A stretch of 41,868 nucleotides of DNA from Spirochaetae bacterium HGW-Spirochaetae-7 (GCA_002839245.1 PGXR01000004.1:1-41868), one strand, 5' to 3'. Positions 8,971-17,256 are shown, numbered from the stretch's first letter. Numbers and translations are program-made. The notes: generated by a model from the letters alone, not told the origin.

Positions 8971-10366
8971 GCGCGGCACTATCATCGTGGTGGACGACGA
9001 CGTCGGGGTGCTCAAGCGGCTGGAGCGGTCGCTGCGCTTCGAAGGCTACGGCGACGTGGTCCTGTGCGAGCGGGCGGAGGATGCCTGGCCCGTCCTCGAT
9101 TCCCGCAAGGCGCTGGCGATGATCCTTGACCTGATGATGCCTGGCGTCGACGGCTACGCCATGCTCGAGCGGATGCGCACCGAACGGCCCGACGTTCCGG
9201 TCATCGTAGCCACGGCCATCGACGACCTGGACGCGGTGGTGCGTTGCATGAAGGCGGGAGCCTTCGACTACGTGCCCAAGTCGGCCGAGACGGCCAGGCT
9301 GGTCGCCAGCCTCGAGCACGCCACGATGATAGGAAGGCTCCTGGATGACAACAAGGCTCTCCGCGACAGCCTGCTTTCCGACAGCGGCCGGTCTGCCCCT
9401 TTCTTTGAGCACATCATCACCCGCGACCGGCGGATGGCGGACATCTTCCGCTACATAGCGGCCATAGCCATCAGCGACAAACCCATCCTGATCACCGGCG
9501 AGTCGGGCACGGGCAAGGAATTGTTCGCCGCCGCGGTCCATGCGGCATCGGGCCGATCGGGACAGCTCGTCACCGTCAACATAGCCGGCCTCGACGACGC
9601 GATGTTCAGCGACACGCTGTTCGGCCACAAGCGCGGAGCGTTCACGGGCGCTGATTCTGACCGGCCCGGCCTCATAGAGCGCGCCAAGGGCGGTACGCTG
9701 TTCCTCGACGAGATAGGCGACTTGCCGCAGCAAAGCCAGGTCAAGCTGCTGCGGCTGATAGAGCAGCGGCTGTACTATCCGCTCGGGGCCGACCTCACCA
9801 GGTCGTCCGATGCCCTCGTCGTCGCGGCGACGAACAGGGACCTGGAAGCGGCCTGCGACTCGGGCCAGTTCAGGCAGGACCTTTACTATCGCCTCGAGAC
9901 TCACAGGATCCGCTTGCCACCTCTGCGCGAGCGTCTGGACGACATTCCGCTGCTCGTCGAGTCGTTCGTCGCCCGCGCTTCGGTCAAATTCGAGAGGCCG
10001 GAGCCGTTGGTCCCCCCCGAGCTCTACGAGCTGCTCGGCACCTATGATTTTCCCGGAAACGTCCGCGAGCTCGAGTCGATGGTCTACGATGCTGTCGGCC
10101 GGGCTTCCGGCCGCAACCTGTCGCTGGAGTCGTTCAAGTCGAGGGTATTCAAGGAAAATTCCAGGCCTTCCGCGGCCCGGTCGCTGGCCGCGGGCATCTT
10201 TGCCTCGTTGCCGTCGCTGCCGACGCTCCGCGAGGCGGCCGACTCGCTGGTAGAGGAAGCCCTCGCGAGGGCGGGCGACAACCAGGGCGTGGCGGCAGGG
10301 CTTCTCGGAATTTCCAGGCCGGCGCTCAACCGCCGCCTGCGTCAACGCGGCGACGACGAGTGCTAG
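8960..10366 (+). CDS. Sigma-54-dependent response regulator (NtrC family: REC + AAA+ + Fis-type HTH)
   Basis: 468-aa ORF. Walker A is GESGTGKE. The GAFTGA sigma-54 contact loop is present (HKRGAFTGAD). The motifs GGTLFLDEIG and FRQDLYYRL are present, and the C-terminal HTH reads AAGLLGISRPALNRRL. The start overlaps the kinase stop by 11 nt. Confidence 0.92.
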   Translation: MDDKRGTIIVVDDDVGVLKRLERSLRFEGYGDVVLCERAEDAWPVLDSRKALAMILDLMMPGVDGYAMLERMRTERPDVPVIVATAIDDLDAVVRCMKAGAFDYVPKSAETARLVASLEHATMIGRLLDDNKALRDSLLSDSGRSAPFFEHIITRDRRMADIFRYIAAIAISDKPILITGESGTGKELFAAAVHAASGRSGQLVTVNIAGLDDAMFSDTLFGHKRGAFTGADSDRPGLIERAKGGTLFLDEIGDLPQQSQVKLLRLIEQRLYYPLGADLTRSSDALVVAATNRDLEAACDSGQFRQDLYYRLETHRIRLPPLRERLDDIPLLVESFVARASVKFERPEPLVPPELYELLGTYDFPGNVRELESMVYDAVGRASGRNLSLESFKSRVFKENSRPSAARSLAAGIFASLPSLPTLREAADSLVEEALARAGDNQGVAAGLLGISRPALNRRLRQRGDDEC

Positions 10367-10572
10367 TGGGGTGTGCAAAAGCTGACACCTGTCGATTGTC
10401 GTATACATGGAGGCAATTGGCTCCCTGATATGCAAATAGACGCGATTTACGGCTGATTTAATCTATAGTTTTTGCTGGATTCGAACATGGGACTTGCCGC
10501 AGCGGATTTCGATCTAGGCCGACAATTACATTAGCTGTATGGAAATACAAAATAGCATGAAGCCATAGTCGT

Positions 10573-10589
10573 TGGCACGATCCGTGCAT
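10573..10589 (+). promoter_or_regulatory. Sigma-54 (-24/-12) promoter
   Basis: TGGCAC-gatcc-GTGCAT at 10573-10589. GG (10574-75) and GC (10586-87) have the canonical spacing of the consensus TGGCAC-N5-TTGCW. It sits about 205 nt downstream of the EBP gene. Confidence 0.7.
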
Positions 10590-10598
10590 AACAATAAG

Positions 10599-10742
10599 TG
10601 GTCAGCTTGAGTCCCATTCCATGTAAAAAATGTTCAGGTAAAAAAGTCATATAAAAAAGTTCAGAACAAAACAAGGGACTGATGTAAAGATTGAAAAATG
10701 GTTTATACGCGGAACGCCTGACCCGGCGTTCCGCAGTTTTTT
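10599..10742 (+). ncRNA. Candidate sigma-54-dependent small RNA (about 145 nt, no credible ORF)
   Basis: The predicted TSS lies about 11-12 nt after the -12 GC. The segment holds only 1-7 codon ORFs (ATG-TAA, MFR*, MVYTRNA*). It has three A-rich imperfect repeats, TAAAAAA(T)GT(T)CA, at 10623-10664. It ends at the terminator at 10709-10742. Confidence 0.5.
10709..10742 (+). terminator. Rho-independent terminator
   Basis: A perfect 10-bp stem GCGGAACGCC/GGCGTTCCGC (10709-10718 with 10725-10734) has a 6-nt loop. It is followed by AG and then six T (10737-10742). Confidence 0.8.
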
Positions 10743-10844
10743 AAACCAGCGCTCCATGACCCCGCAACCTCTCGCTCGCTGCCCGGTCGAACTGGGCATG
10801 GATCGCGGCGCGCTTAAGCGCGGCGGCGACTGAAAGGTGATTGC

Positions 10845-11516
10845 ATGTCAGAAACTGTCCTCGAACCCGGTTCGTTGTCTCCTGTCCGCTATCCTCTCGG
10901 CGAGGAGATAGCGAATGCGGTGACCCATGGAGTCTGGGCTCTGCTGTCGATTGCCGGCCTCGTCATCCTGGTGGTGTCGGCCGCCGTCCGGGGCGATGCG
11001 TGGTACGTCGTTTCATTTGCCGTATTCGGCCTCTCCGCCGTTCTCCTGTTTACCATGTCCACCATCTACCACGCAATCGCGGCGCCACGGGCTAAACGGG
11101 TGCTGAAGGTGCTCGACCATTCGTCCATCTATGTGCTTATAGCCGGGACCTATACGCCGTTCGCGCTGACCGCTCTCAGGCATACGGTCGGCTGGCTGGT
11201 CTTCGGCATCGTCTGGGGCGCGGCAGCCATAGGCATATCGTTGAAACCCTTCCTGGCCGGCAAGGCCAGGCTGCTGTCGACCATATCCTATGTCGCCATG
11301 GGTTGGATCATCGTAATAGCGTGGCGTCCGCTCGTCGACGCGGTCGAGGCGGGCTCCCTGCGCCTGCTCATTGCCGGCGGCCTTGCCTATACCGTCGGGG
11401 CGGCCTTCTACATGATCAAGGGCAGGGTCTGGTCGCATCCGCTGTGGCACCTGTTCGTCGGTGCCGGCGCGACTCTGCATTTTTTCGCCGTGATTGCCCT
11501 GCTCCCGCCTGGATAA
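10845..11516 (+). CDS. Hemolysin III / PAQR family channel protein
   Basis: 223-aa, 7-TM ORF. It has the N-terminal EEIANAVTHG and the motifs STIYH, LDHSSIYVLIAGTYTP and HLFV....H. Confidence 0.88.
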   Translation: MSETVLEPGSLSPVRYPLGEEIANAVTHGVWALLSIAGLVILVVSAAVRGDAWYVVSFAVFGLSAVLLFTMSTIYHAIAAPRAKRVLKVLDHSSIYVLIAGTYTPFALTALRHTVGWLVFGIVWGAAAIGISLKPFLAGKARLLSTISYVAMGWIIVIAWRPLVDAVEAGSLRLLIAGGLAYTVGAAFYMIKGRVWSHPLWHLFVGAGATLHFFAVIALLPPG

Positions 11517-11677
11517 TATGAGCCAACCTGGGAAGGGGAATTGGCTCGCTCTGTACTGAGCGAAGCGACAGTATATAACCCGAATCGAGGACCAAAGGCC
11601 GCGATTCGGAACGTAGCTCAACCTGACTCACTTCGTTTGCAGGTTAACTGTGCTAGAAGATGAGTCATGATTACACC

Positions 11678-11693
11678 GCCCGCGCTAGCGGGC
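11678..11693 (+). other. GC-rich hairpin immediately 5' of the intron insertion point
   Basis: GCCCGC-gcta-GCGGGC. It is followed by ATATGATAT and then the intron 5' GTGCG at 11703. Confidence 0.6.
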
Positions 11694-11702
11694 ATATGAT
11701 AT

Positions 11703-12640
11703 GTGCGCCCGGCAGGACGCACCCACCAGGAGGTGCGGCGAGAAATCGTCGAGTCCTCTACAGGCCCAACAGGGGTAACTGTCAGCGACCGGCAAGGGTG
11801 TCCATCGTGAGATGGAATCTGAAGAAAGCCATAGCAAAACGCGGCCTGTCGCTTGCGCACCGAAGGCCCGAACAGAAACCGCATGCGAGGCAGCCATGAT
11901 GGACAAGGGGGCATAATTGCCCAAAGTCCTGTACCTGTACGGAAATCATGGCAGTATATACGGCAGGCATAAGCGTGAAGGTGGCTCATGACAGTAGTCA
12001 TGGCGCATTACCCGGGGAGGTCTGGATGCCTGCTGAAAGGCTACCTTGGTCGCGAGGCCGGGGGATGGGCAGCCAGCCGGAAGTCAGCAGAGGTCGTAGT
12101 AGGACCGATCAGCGGGGTCGAAGGACCGAACATGAGACGCGGATGTATCCCAGCGTCTCGCGGCGGAGCAGGATGTTGAAAACAGACGGTTAAAATCCCG
12201 AACCACTCGCAAAACAATCCGGACGGAATCCGGGAGTAGCGCGGATAAGTGGAACATCACAAAGCCCAGCGACAAAGGACACGAGCGCGCTGATGGTATA
12301 AGAGTGTTTATAGAACTCGACCAATGGATACGGCGCAAGCTCCGGTGCATTACTGGCAACAATGGAAACGACCGCGAACTCGATTCAGGTACCTCGTCAG
12401 ACTCGGTTTGGATGAAGAGAGGGCACGAAAGTCGGTTGGGAACGGTCACGGGGCGTGGTTAAACGCTGGTGCCAGTCATATGAATCAGGCAATTCCCGTT
12501 AGACTCTTCGAGAGGCTTGGGCTTCTCTCCCTTTACTCCAGAATGCTTGGGTTTCAGAGCATTTCATGAACCATCGTATACGAAACCGTACGTACAGTGG
12601 TGTGAGAGGAGGGGGCCGTAAGGCCCCCTCCTACTCGGTA
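11703..12640 (+). mobile_element. Degenerate, maturase-deleted group II intron (3' boundary approximate)
   Basis: The 5' end is GTGCG at 11703. A domain-V-like hairpin spans 12570-12601: a 9-bp lower helix, a 2-nt bulge (c12591, g12592), a 4-bp upper helix and a 4-nt loop. Its CGTATAC...GTACGTAC sequence resembles known domain V sequences. A domain-VI hairpin spans 12603-12637 with a GTAA loop and a single bulged A at 12633. Only an IEP C-terminal remnant is present. The many short ORFs on both strands are consistent with structured RNA. Confidence 0.7.
12324..12569 (+). pseudogene. C-terminal remnant of a group II intron reverse transcriptase/maturase (IEP)
   Basis: 81 aa: ...HYWQQWKRPRTRFRYLVRLGLDEERARKSVGNGHGAWLNAGASHMNQAIPVRLFERLGLLSL... 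This matches the conserved IEP tail pattern (W.K...R...L..LG......A.S..G.W..A.S......P...F...GL.SL). The RT domains are absent. Confidence 0.7.
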
Positions 12641-12781
12641 AGGGGGCGTTGGGCGGAACCGAACCCATCGCCGCAAGCCGGTGAGCGGCAGACGAGCGCA
12701 CGCCAAAGGCGCGAAGAGGCGCCAGTGATGGCGCCGACAGCGAGCGTTGGCGGCCCGGACACGAGGTCGAGGGCCAGAGGG

Positions 12782-12819
12782 CGATTCCGCCCGGCGCATT
12801 AGTCCGCCGGGCGGAATCG
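12782..12819. terminator. Perfect 15-bp hairpin downstream of the LRR gene (possible bidirectional terminator)
   Basis: CGATTCCGCCCGGCG (12782-12796) pairs with CGCCGGGCGGAATCG (12805-12819) across an 8-nt loop. There is no clean U-run on the minus strand. A T-rich tract follows on the plus strand. Confidence 0.4.
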
Positions 12820-12840
12820 AGGTAACTTATAGTAATTTTT

Positions 12841-14169
12841 CTATTCTTGCTCTTCGTAATATACGGTCACACCCGCGGCTATCAGGTCTTCAATATTAGC
12901 CAAGGCCGCTGAGCCAGTTGAAATATCGAGACCCATATATTTTATGTTAATCTCCGCCGAATTCTCTTGGAACGATCCGGCTAGGTACATCTTCCAGAGG
13001 AAGTCGATGTCGTCGATATCCGTGTTCCCCTCGAGGTTTATGTAGTTGAGGGTGCCGTACCAGGCTGGTAGGTAGTCTCCGTCCTGGCTGAAGGCGACGG
13101 AGCTGAGAGCGTTATAACTGACGTCCATGCCGGTAAGGAGCGGAAGAGGCGCTATCGATGACATGAACATGGCGTTGGTAATATTCGAACTACTGATGGT
13201 AATCCAGTCTAGGGTTGCAGAAAACTTCGTCATGATGGTTGATAGGACGCTTCCCGTAATATCGGGGAAGCTCCTGATGGTTAGATTTGTCAAGTCAGTG
13301 AACCTGTTCAATATAGTCTTGAGTTGCTCCGCGGTGATATAGGTAACGCCGTTCATCTGACCCCTAATGCCAAGGGCGAATAGATCGGGGAAATTCTCGG
13401 GCGTTATAATCGAGCTTAGGTTATTATAGGGGATGGGGTTATTGTGTAGACGCAGCAACTGCAGCTTATGAAGTCCACTGAGCGCTGTAACATCAGAGAT
13501 GGTGTTGCCTTGAAGCGTAAGCCGTTCGAGTAGAACCAACCTCTTTATCGGGCTTACATCCGTTATGGTGTTGAACCTAAGGTGGAGCTCTCGCAGGGAG
13601 TGGCATAGGTCGATTCCACTGATGATGGCGATGCTAGAGGAATCCGCAGTAAAGACATCGATCGCGTCGAGGTCCGCCGTGCTGATTCCCTCAGACCAGG
13701 GCGTGCCTGCCGCGGTCGCGAGGGCTGCACGGAGATTGGCGTCAGGTATCCTCGCCACGAAATCAGAAATGACGCCCGAGGTCATGAAGGTCCAAGTGGG
13801 GCTGGCTTTAATCTGGCCGCCAGGCAATTTGGCTACGACTTTCCATTGGAAGTCCTTGGCGCCGGACAGAGCCGCCGGTGGCGTCCATGATGCAGAAGCG
13901 AGGTTGCTTGCCGTTGGCGTAGAGGGGATCGAGTCCTCGCCGAAATAGAGGTCGTAGGTAACACTAGACCCGTCGCTGGCGACGGCCTCAGACCACGCTA
14001 TAGTCGCGATGTCCGCGGCGACGCTGTAGGCAAAATCAGCCGGGACCGGTGCCGAGGGGCTCGTGATGGTTGCGTTGGAACTGATGGGGCCGATGGGGTC
14101 CGTGCAGCTCCATGCCAAGACGATGACGAGGGCGAGACACGCGTTCCAGAAAAGGCGTTTTATCTTCAT
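12841..14169 (-). CDS. Secreted/lipoprotein with an Fn3-like domain and internalin-type leucine-rich repeats
   Basis: 442 aa. The signal peptide MKIKRLFWNACLALVIVLAWSC has a Cys after the hydrophobic core. LRR units include LRELHLRFNTITDVSPIKRLVLLERLTLQGNTISDVTALSGLHKLQLLRLHNNPI. GC content is clearly lower than in the flanks. Confidence 0.8.
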   Translation of the reverse strand: MKIKRLFWNACLALVIVLAWSCTDPIGPISSNATITSPSAPVPADFAYSVAADIATIAWSEAVASDGSSVTYDLYFGEDSIPSTPTASNLASASWTPPAALSGAKDFQWKVVAKLPGGQIKASPTWTFMTSGVISDFVARIPDANLRAALATAAGTPWSEGISTADLDAIDVFTADSSSIAIISGIDLCHSLRELHLRFNTITDVSPIKRLVLLERLTLQGNTISDVTALSGLHKLQLLRLHNNPIPYNNLSSIITPENFPDLFALGIRGQMNGVTYITAEQLKTILNRFTDLTNLTIRSFPDITGSVLSTIMTKFSATLDWITISSSNITNAMFMSSIAPLPLLTGMDVSYNALSSVAFSQDGDYLPAWYGTLNYINLEGNTDIDDIDFLWKMYLAGSFQENSAEINIKYMGLDISTGSAALANIEDLIAAGVTVYYEEQE

Positions 14170-14238
14170 GTTCCTGCTCCTTCGGGCGATCGCGCCCGAA
14201 AGAGAGTCTACGTCGCGTGACGCTAGCCAGTACTACAA

Positions 14239-15336
14239 CTATAGTTGGTCCTTCTCGGAGGCCGGTAGACCGAGTACGAGCTCGACCCTGGTTTTTAGGC
14301 CGGTCTTCTCGTAGATATTATGGGTATAGCGCTTAATTGTTGTTTCCTCGACGCGCAGGTCACAGGCAATCGCTTTATTACTCTTGCATTGAAGTATGCC
14401 GCGGATGACCTCTCGCTCACGAGGCGTAAAAGCATAATTACCTTGGCAGAGCTCTAGCTGCGCTCCATCTATCCGCGCTTGCTTCATCGGCAAGAGCCTT
14501 ACGGCGGCGCAAGGAACGCCCTTCTGTTCTATGTATAACGACCCGGGTTTCACTGGCGAGAACCTGAATGAGTACTCCCTGCCTGACTTTTCGAGCCTCA
14601 CGGTATCCATGCCGAGGCGAAAAGGGCCGTATAGGTAGGTGCTGTAGGATGTTAGAAACTGGCTCCATCTATGGTGCATTGCGCTTCCGAGCCTAGCCCG
14701 CGTTACGCCGAAGAGCTCATCGAACGCGGTTTTTACATGATCGCCAGCGTAGACGATGTTTCCCGCATAGTCTAGATATCCTGTATCCTCATCGCTCGGC
14801 GGCAATACCAACGACCGTTCGAAGGCATCGTTAAGGAAGGAGGCGACGAACCAGAAAACGTCGAGGTCGTCATCAGAAAAATCCCGGTTGCGGAGACCAG
14901 CTCTCGCCAGTGCGATATAGCCGCGAAGCGTGGCCCCGGTCCGGATCGGAAAGTACGCGACATCCGATATTGGCCGGGAATCCTGTACCGCTCTGATGAA
15001 ATTCCGATTCTCCGGCTGGTTAAAATCGCTCATCCGCTTCAGGACGCAACTTGTTCCTGAATGAACAATCGACTTAGTCAGGAAATCTTCTTGTACGACC
15101 GAGGTGTACACGGGGATAAACTCCGCCGGGTTGTTGGTCAGGAAGATAGGGTGATCGCATCGAGCATGGGAGAATAGGAAAAATCCGAAGTAGTGAGCCT
15201 CGAGAGCCATGCCGAGATCGTGCGCGACCCTGAGTATTAATCCCTCGTCAAACGCGCTTGTGTAGAGAGCGACAAGAATTTTTCTTATGATCGCTAACTT
15301 GATCGTGGACACGTACATGAGCGTGCTCCCTATCAT
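14239..15336 (-). CDS. LuxR-family transcriptional regulator (uncharacterised N-terminal sensor domain + C-terminal HTH)
   Basis: 365 aa. The C-terminus FTPREREVIRGILQCKSNKAIACDLRVEETTIKRYTHNIYEKTGLKTRVELV is a canonical LuxR/GerE HTH. The gene lies in the low-GC island. Confidence 0.85.
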   Translation of the reverse strand: MIGSTLMYVSTIKLAIIRKILVALYTSAFDEGLILRVAHDLGMALEAHYFGFFLFSHARCDHPIFLTNNPAEFIPVYTSVVQEDFLTKSIVHSGTSCVLKRMSDFNQPENRNFIRAVQDSRPISDVAYFPIRTGATLRGYIALARAGLRNRDFSDDDLDVFWFVASFLNDAFERSLVLPPSDEDTGYLDYAGNIVYAGDHVKTAFDELFGVTRARLGSAMHHRWSQFLTSYSTYLYGPFRLGMDTVRLEKSGREYSFRFSPVKPGSLYIEQKGVPCAAVRLLPMKQARIDGAQLELCQGNYAFTPREREVIRGILQCKSNKAIACDLRVEETTIKRYTHNIYEKTGLKTRVELVLGLPASEKDQL

Positions 15337-15491
15337 CGATTATCGATAAGAAAGTATACACGCCGTTGGAAAGTCGTGGCAAGAATATTTTTTAATAATA
15401 TATAGTTTTCCGCGTGCGCGAAGCGTGTCTCCTCAGCATCATCGCTTAGCCGGTAGAGCGTCATTGGCGCAGTCTGTGCCGGCTATCCCGG

Positions 15492-16133
15492 TTACTGCAA
15501 ACCCACCAGCATTGCCATCGTCACGTGAAGGATGCCTTCGTCCCAGAAATTGTCATTGCCCGACCAGGCGTTGAAAATGGGGAGGAAGCCGCGGATGCCC
15601 ATGGCGAAGGTGAAGTTCTGCTGCAGGTAGACGTCGAAGCGCAGGGATGCCGACGGATAGAACCAGCGGCCGTCGCTCCAGAGATACGAGGCGATGGAGG
15701 AGAGGATCTGGTCCGTCGTGTCGCTCGCGAACGAGGCGCGGAAAAGGAAGGCCGTGCCGACTGACGCGGCCCCGCCCAGGCGTTCGTTGAAGCGGATGGT
15801 GGCCGTCAGCGGCACGTCGAAAAGGAAGCCGACGACGAAGGCGTTGTTGCCGCCTCCCGTTTCGGTCTCCGTCGGGACCGCTCGGCCGTCGCTCCACTCG
15901 TAGTTTGTCCAGAAGAGGTCGAGACCCGGCTGAAGGCTCAGGAAAAATCCCTTGGAAAACGAGAGGATTGCCGAGCCTCCGAGCGTGTTGACGACCGGGC
16001 TGGCGGCGCCGAGGCCGGAGCCGTTGTTCACGATGGCGACGCCGAAACGGCCCGAGACGGCCTCGATATCCATTGCGCCCGGCATTCCGAGCACCGCGAC
16101 GGCCATGCCGGCCGCTAGAATGATTCGCTTCAT
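15492..16133 (-). CDS. Hypothetical secreted, beta-strand-rich protein (possible outer-membrane beta-barrel)
   Basis: 213 aa. The signal peptide is MKRIILAAGMAVAVLGMPGA. The sequence shows an alternating hydrophobic pattern and is rich in Gly and aromatic residues. Confidence 0.55.
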   Translation of the reverse strand: MKRIILAAGMAVAVLGMPGAMDIEAVSGRFGVAIVNNGSGLGAASPVVNTLGGSAILSFSKGFFLSLQPGLDLFWTNYEWSDGRAVPTETETGGGNNAFVVGFLFDVPLTATIRFNERLGGAASVGTAFLFRASFASDTTDQILSSIASYLWSDGRWFYPSASLRFDVYLQQNFTFAMGIRGFLPIFNAWSGNDNFWDEGILHVTMAMLVGLQ

Positions 16134-16167
16134 GGTACCACCAACTATAGCGCGCCAGGATGGCGTT

Positions 16168-17256
16168 TCATAGGCCGGTTTGCATGGCCATGATGCCGCT
16201 CAGGCCTACGTCGGGGAAGAGGTCCTCCTCCCAGAGGATGATGACGAGGCCGCCGACGATGGCCGCGTCGCGCGCGCGCGCTCCGGGTACCGGGGCAGCC
16301 GGGGTTTGCACCGTCGTCACGCAGCCGTCGGCAGACTGGCGAGTTGTCGAAACACGCCAGTCGTCGGTGACGACGATGGCCGCGATACCGTCGCCAGTGC
16401 CTGAAGCGGCGAGCTGAGCCCACGCCGGAGCGGCCTCGCCCGGGTCTCCCCGGACATAGGCCCGCCTCGAGCCGTCGGTGAACCGGGCTTCCACGAGCAG
16501 CGAGCCGCCCAGGGCAGCGGCGGCCGTCCTGAGCGCCTCCGGCGCGGCGCCCAGCGGCATGGGCGAGACGAGTTTCTCGAATGCCAGTCGCTCCAGCGGC
16601 TCGGTCGCGCCGGAGCCTGAAGCGCCGTCAGGCGAGTAGCGCGCGTAGCCTGGAATGACGCGGTCGCCCGCTTCCGACCGGTACTGCACCAGCCAGGAAT
16701 CCGCGGATGACGGATACAGCGCGTAGGCGTCGCCGCCGACGCCGGGGGCAAGTATCGAGGCTGAAGAAGCGGTGGCCGTGACCGTCACAGAAGCGGGCGA
16801 CCGCGGCACTTCCGTCTCGTATATCGGGTGGCGGAACAGCAGGAACAAGGCTTCGTTTCCGCGGGCCCACGACGACGAGACAGTACGCCCGGCAAACTCG
16901 CCCTCTGCGCCGGGCAGGGCTTCGACGGACAGCCTGGTGCCGCTGCGTCCGGCGCCAGTTCCTCGCCGGACGCTGAGCCTGGAAAGTCCTGTCCTGTTGA
17001 CGGCGAGCACCGCGATGTCGCCGAGCGGCTGTATGGCGGCCGCGGAGCGGGCGACCGGGAAGGGTACGGCCATCCGCCCGGGATCGTCGGCAAGGTCGGC
17101 TGTCCATGGCACGAGGGTACCATCGTCGCCGACGACGAGGACCAGGGCCTGGCCGGCGGGCACTTCGAATCCGGCGGGCGCGGGTTCGCCGGCAGTCGCC
17201 GGGGTGGATCGTCCGCAGGATGCCGATGCCAGCGCAAGCGTCAGGGTGAACGCCAT
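16168..17256 (-). CDS. Hypothetical lipoprotein
   Basis: 362 aa. The N-terminus MAFTLTLALASASCG is lipobox-like. The gene is co-directional with proS and immediately downstream of it. I recognised no domain. Confidence 0.6.
   Translation of the reverse strand: MAFTLTLALASASCGRSTPATAGEPAPAGFEVPAGQALVLVVGDDGTLVPWTADLADDPGRMAVPFPVARSAAAIQPLGDIAVLAVNRTGLSRLSVRRGTGAGRSGTRLSVEALPGAEGEFAGRTVSSSWARGNEALFLLFRHPIYETEVPRSPASVTVTATASSASILAPGVGGDAYALYPSSADSWLVQYRSEAGDRVIPGYARYSPDGASGSGATEPLERLAFEKLVSPMPLGAAPEALRTAAAALGGSLLVEARFTDGSRRAYVRGDPGEAAPAWAQLAASGTGDGIAAIVVTDDWRVSTTRQSADGCVTTVQTPAAPVPGARARDAAIVGGLVIILWEEDLFPDVGLSGIMAMQTGL

Noticed and set aside
7876-10435. Minus-strand ORFs of 379 aa (7876..9015) and 516 aa (8885..10435)
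   Set aside because: They are antisense to the kinase and sigma-54 activator genes, which carry unambiguous Walker, GAFTGA and H-box motifs.
11618-12802. About ten ORFs of 60-130 aa on both strands (for example 11618..12001, 12084..12449, 12554..12799)
   Set aside because: They overlap each other in a region best explained as structured group II intron RNA. None except 12324..12569 shows protein-like similarity.
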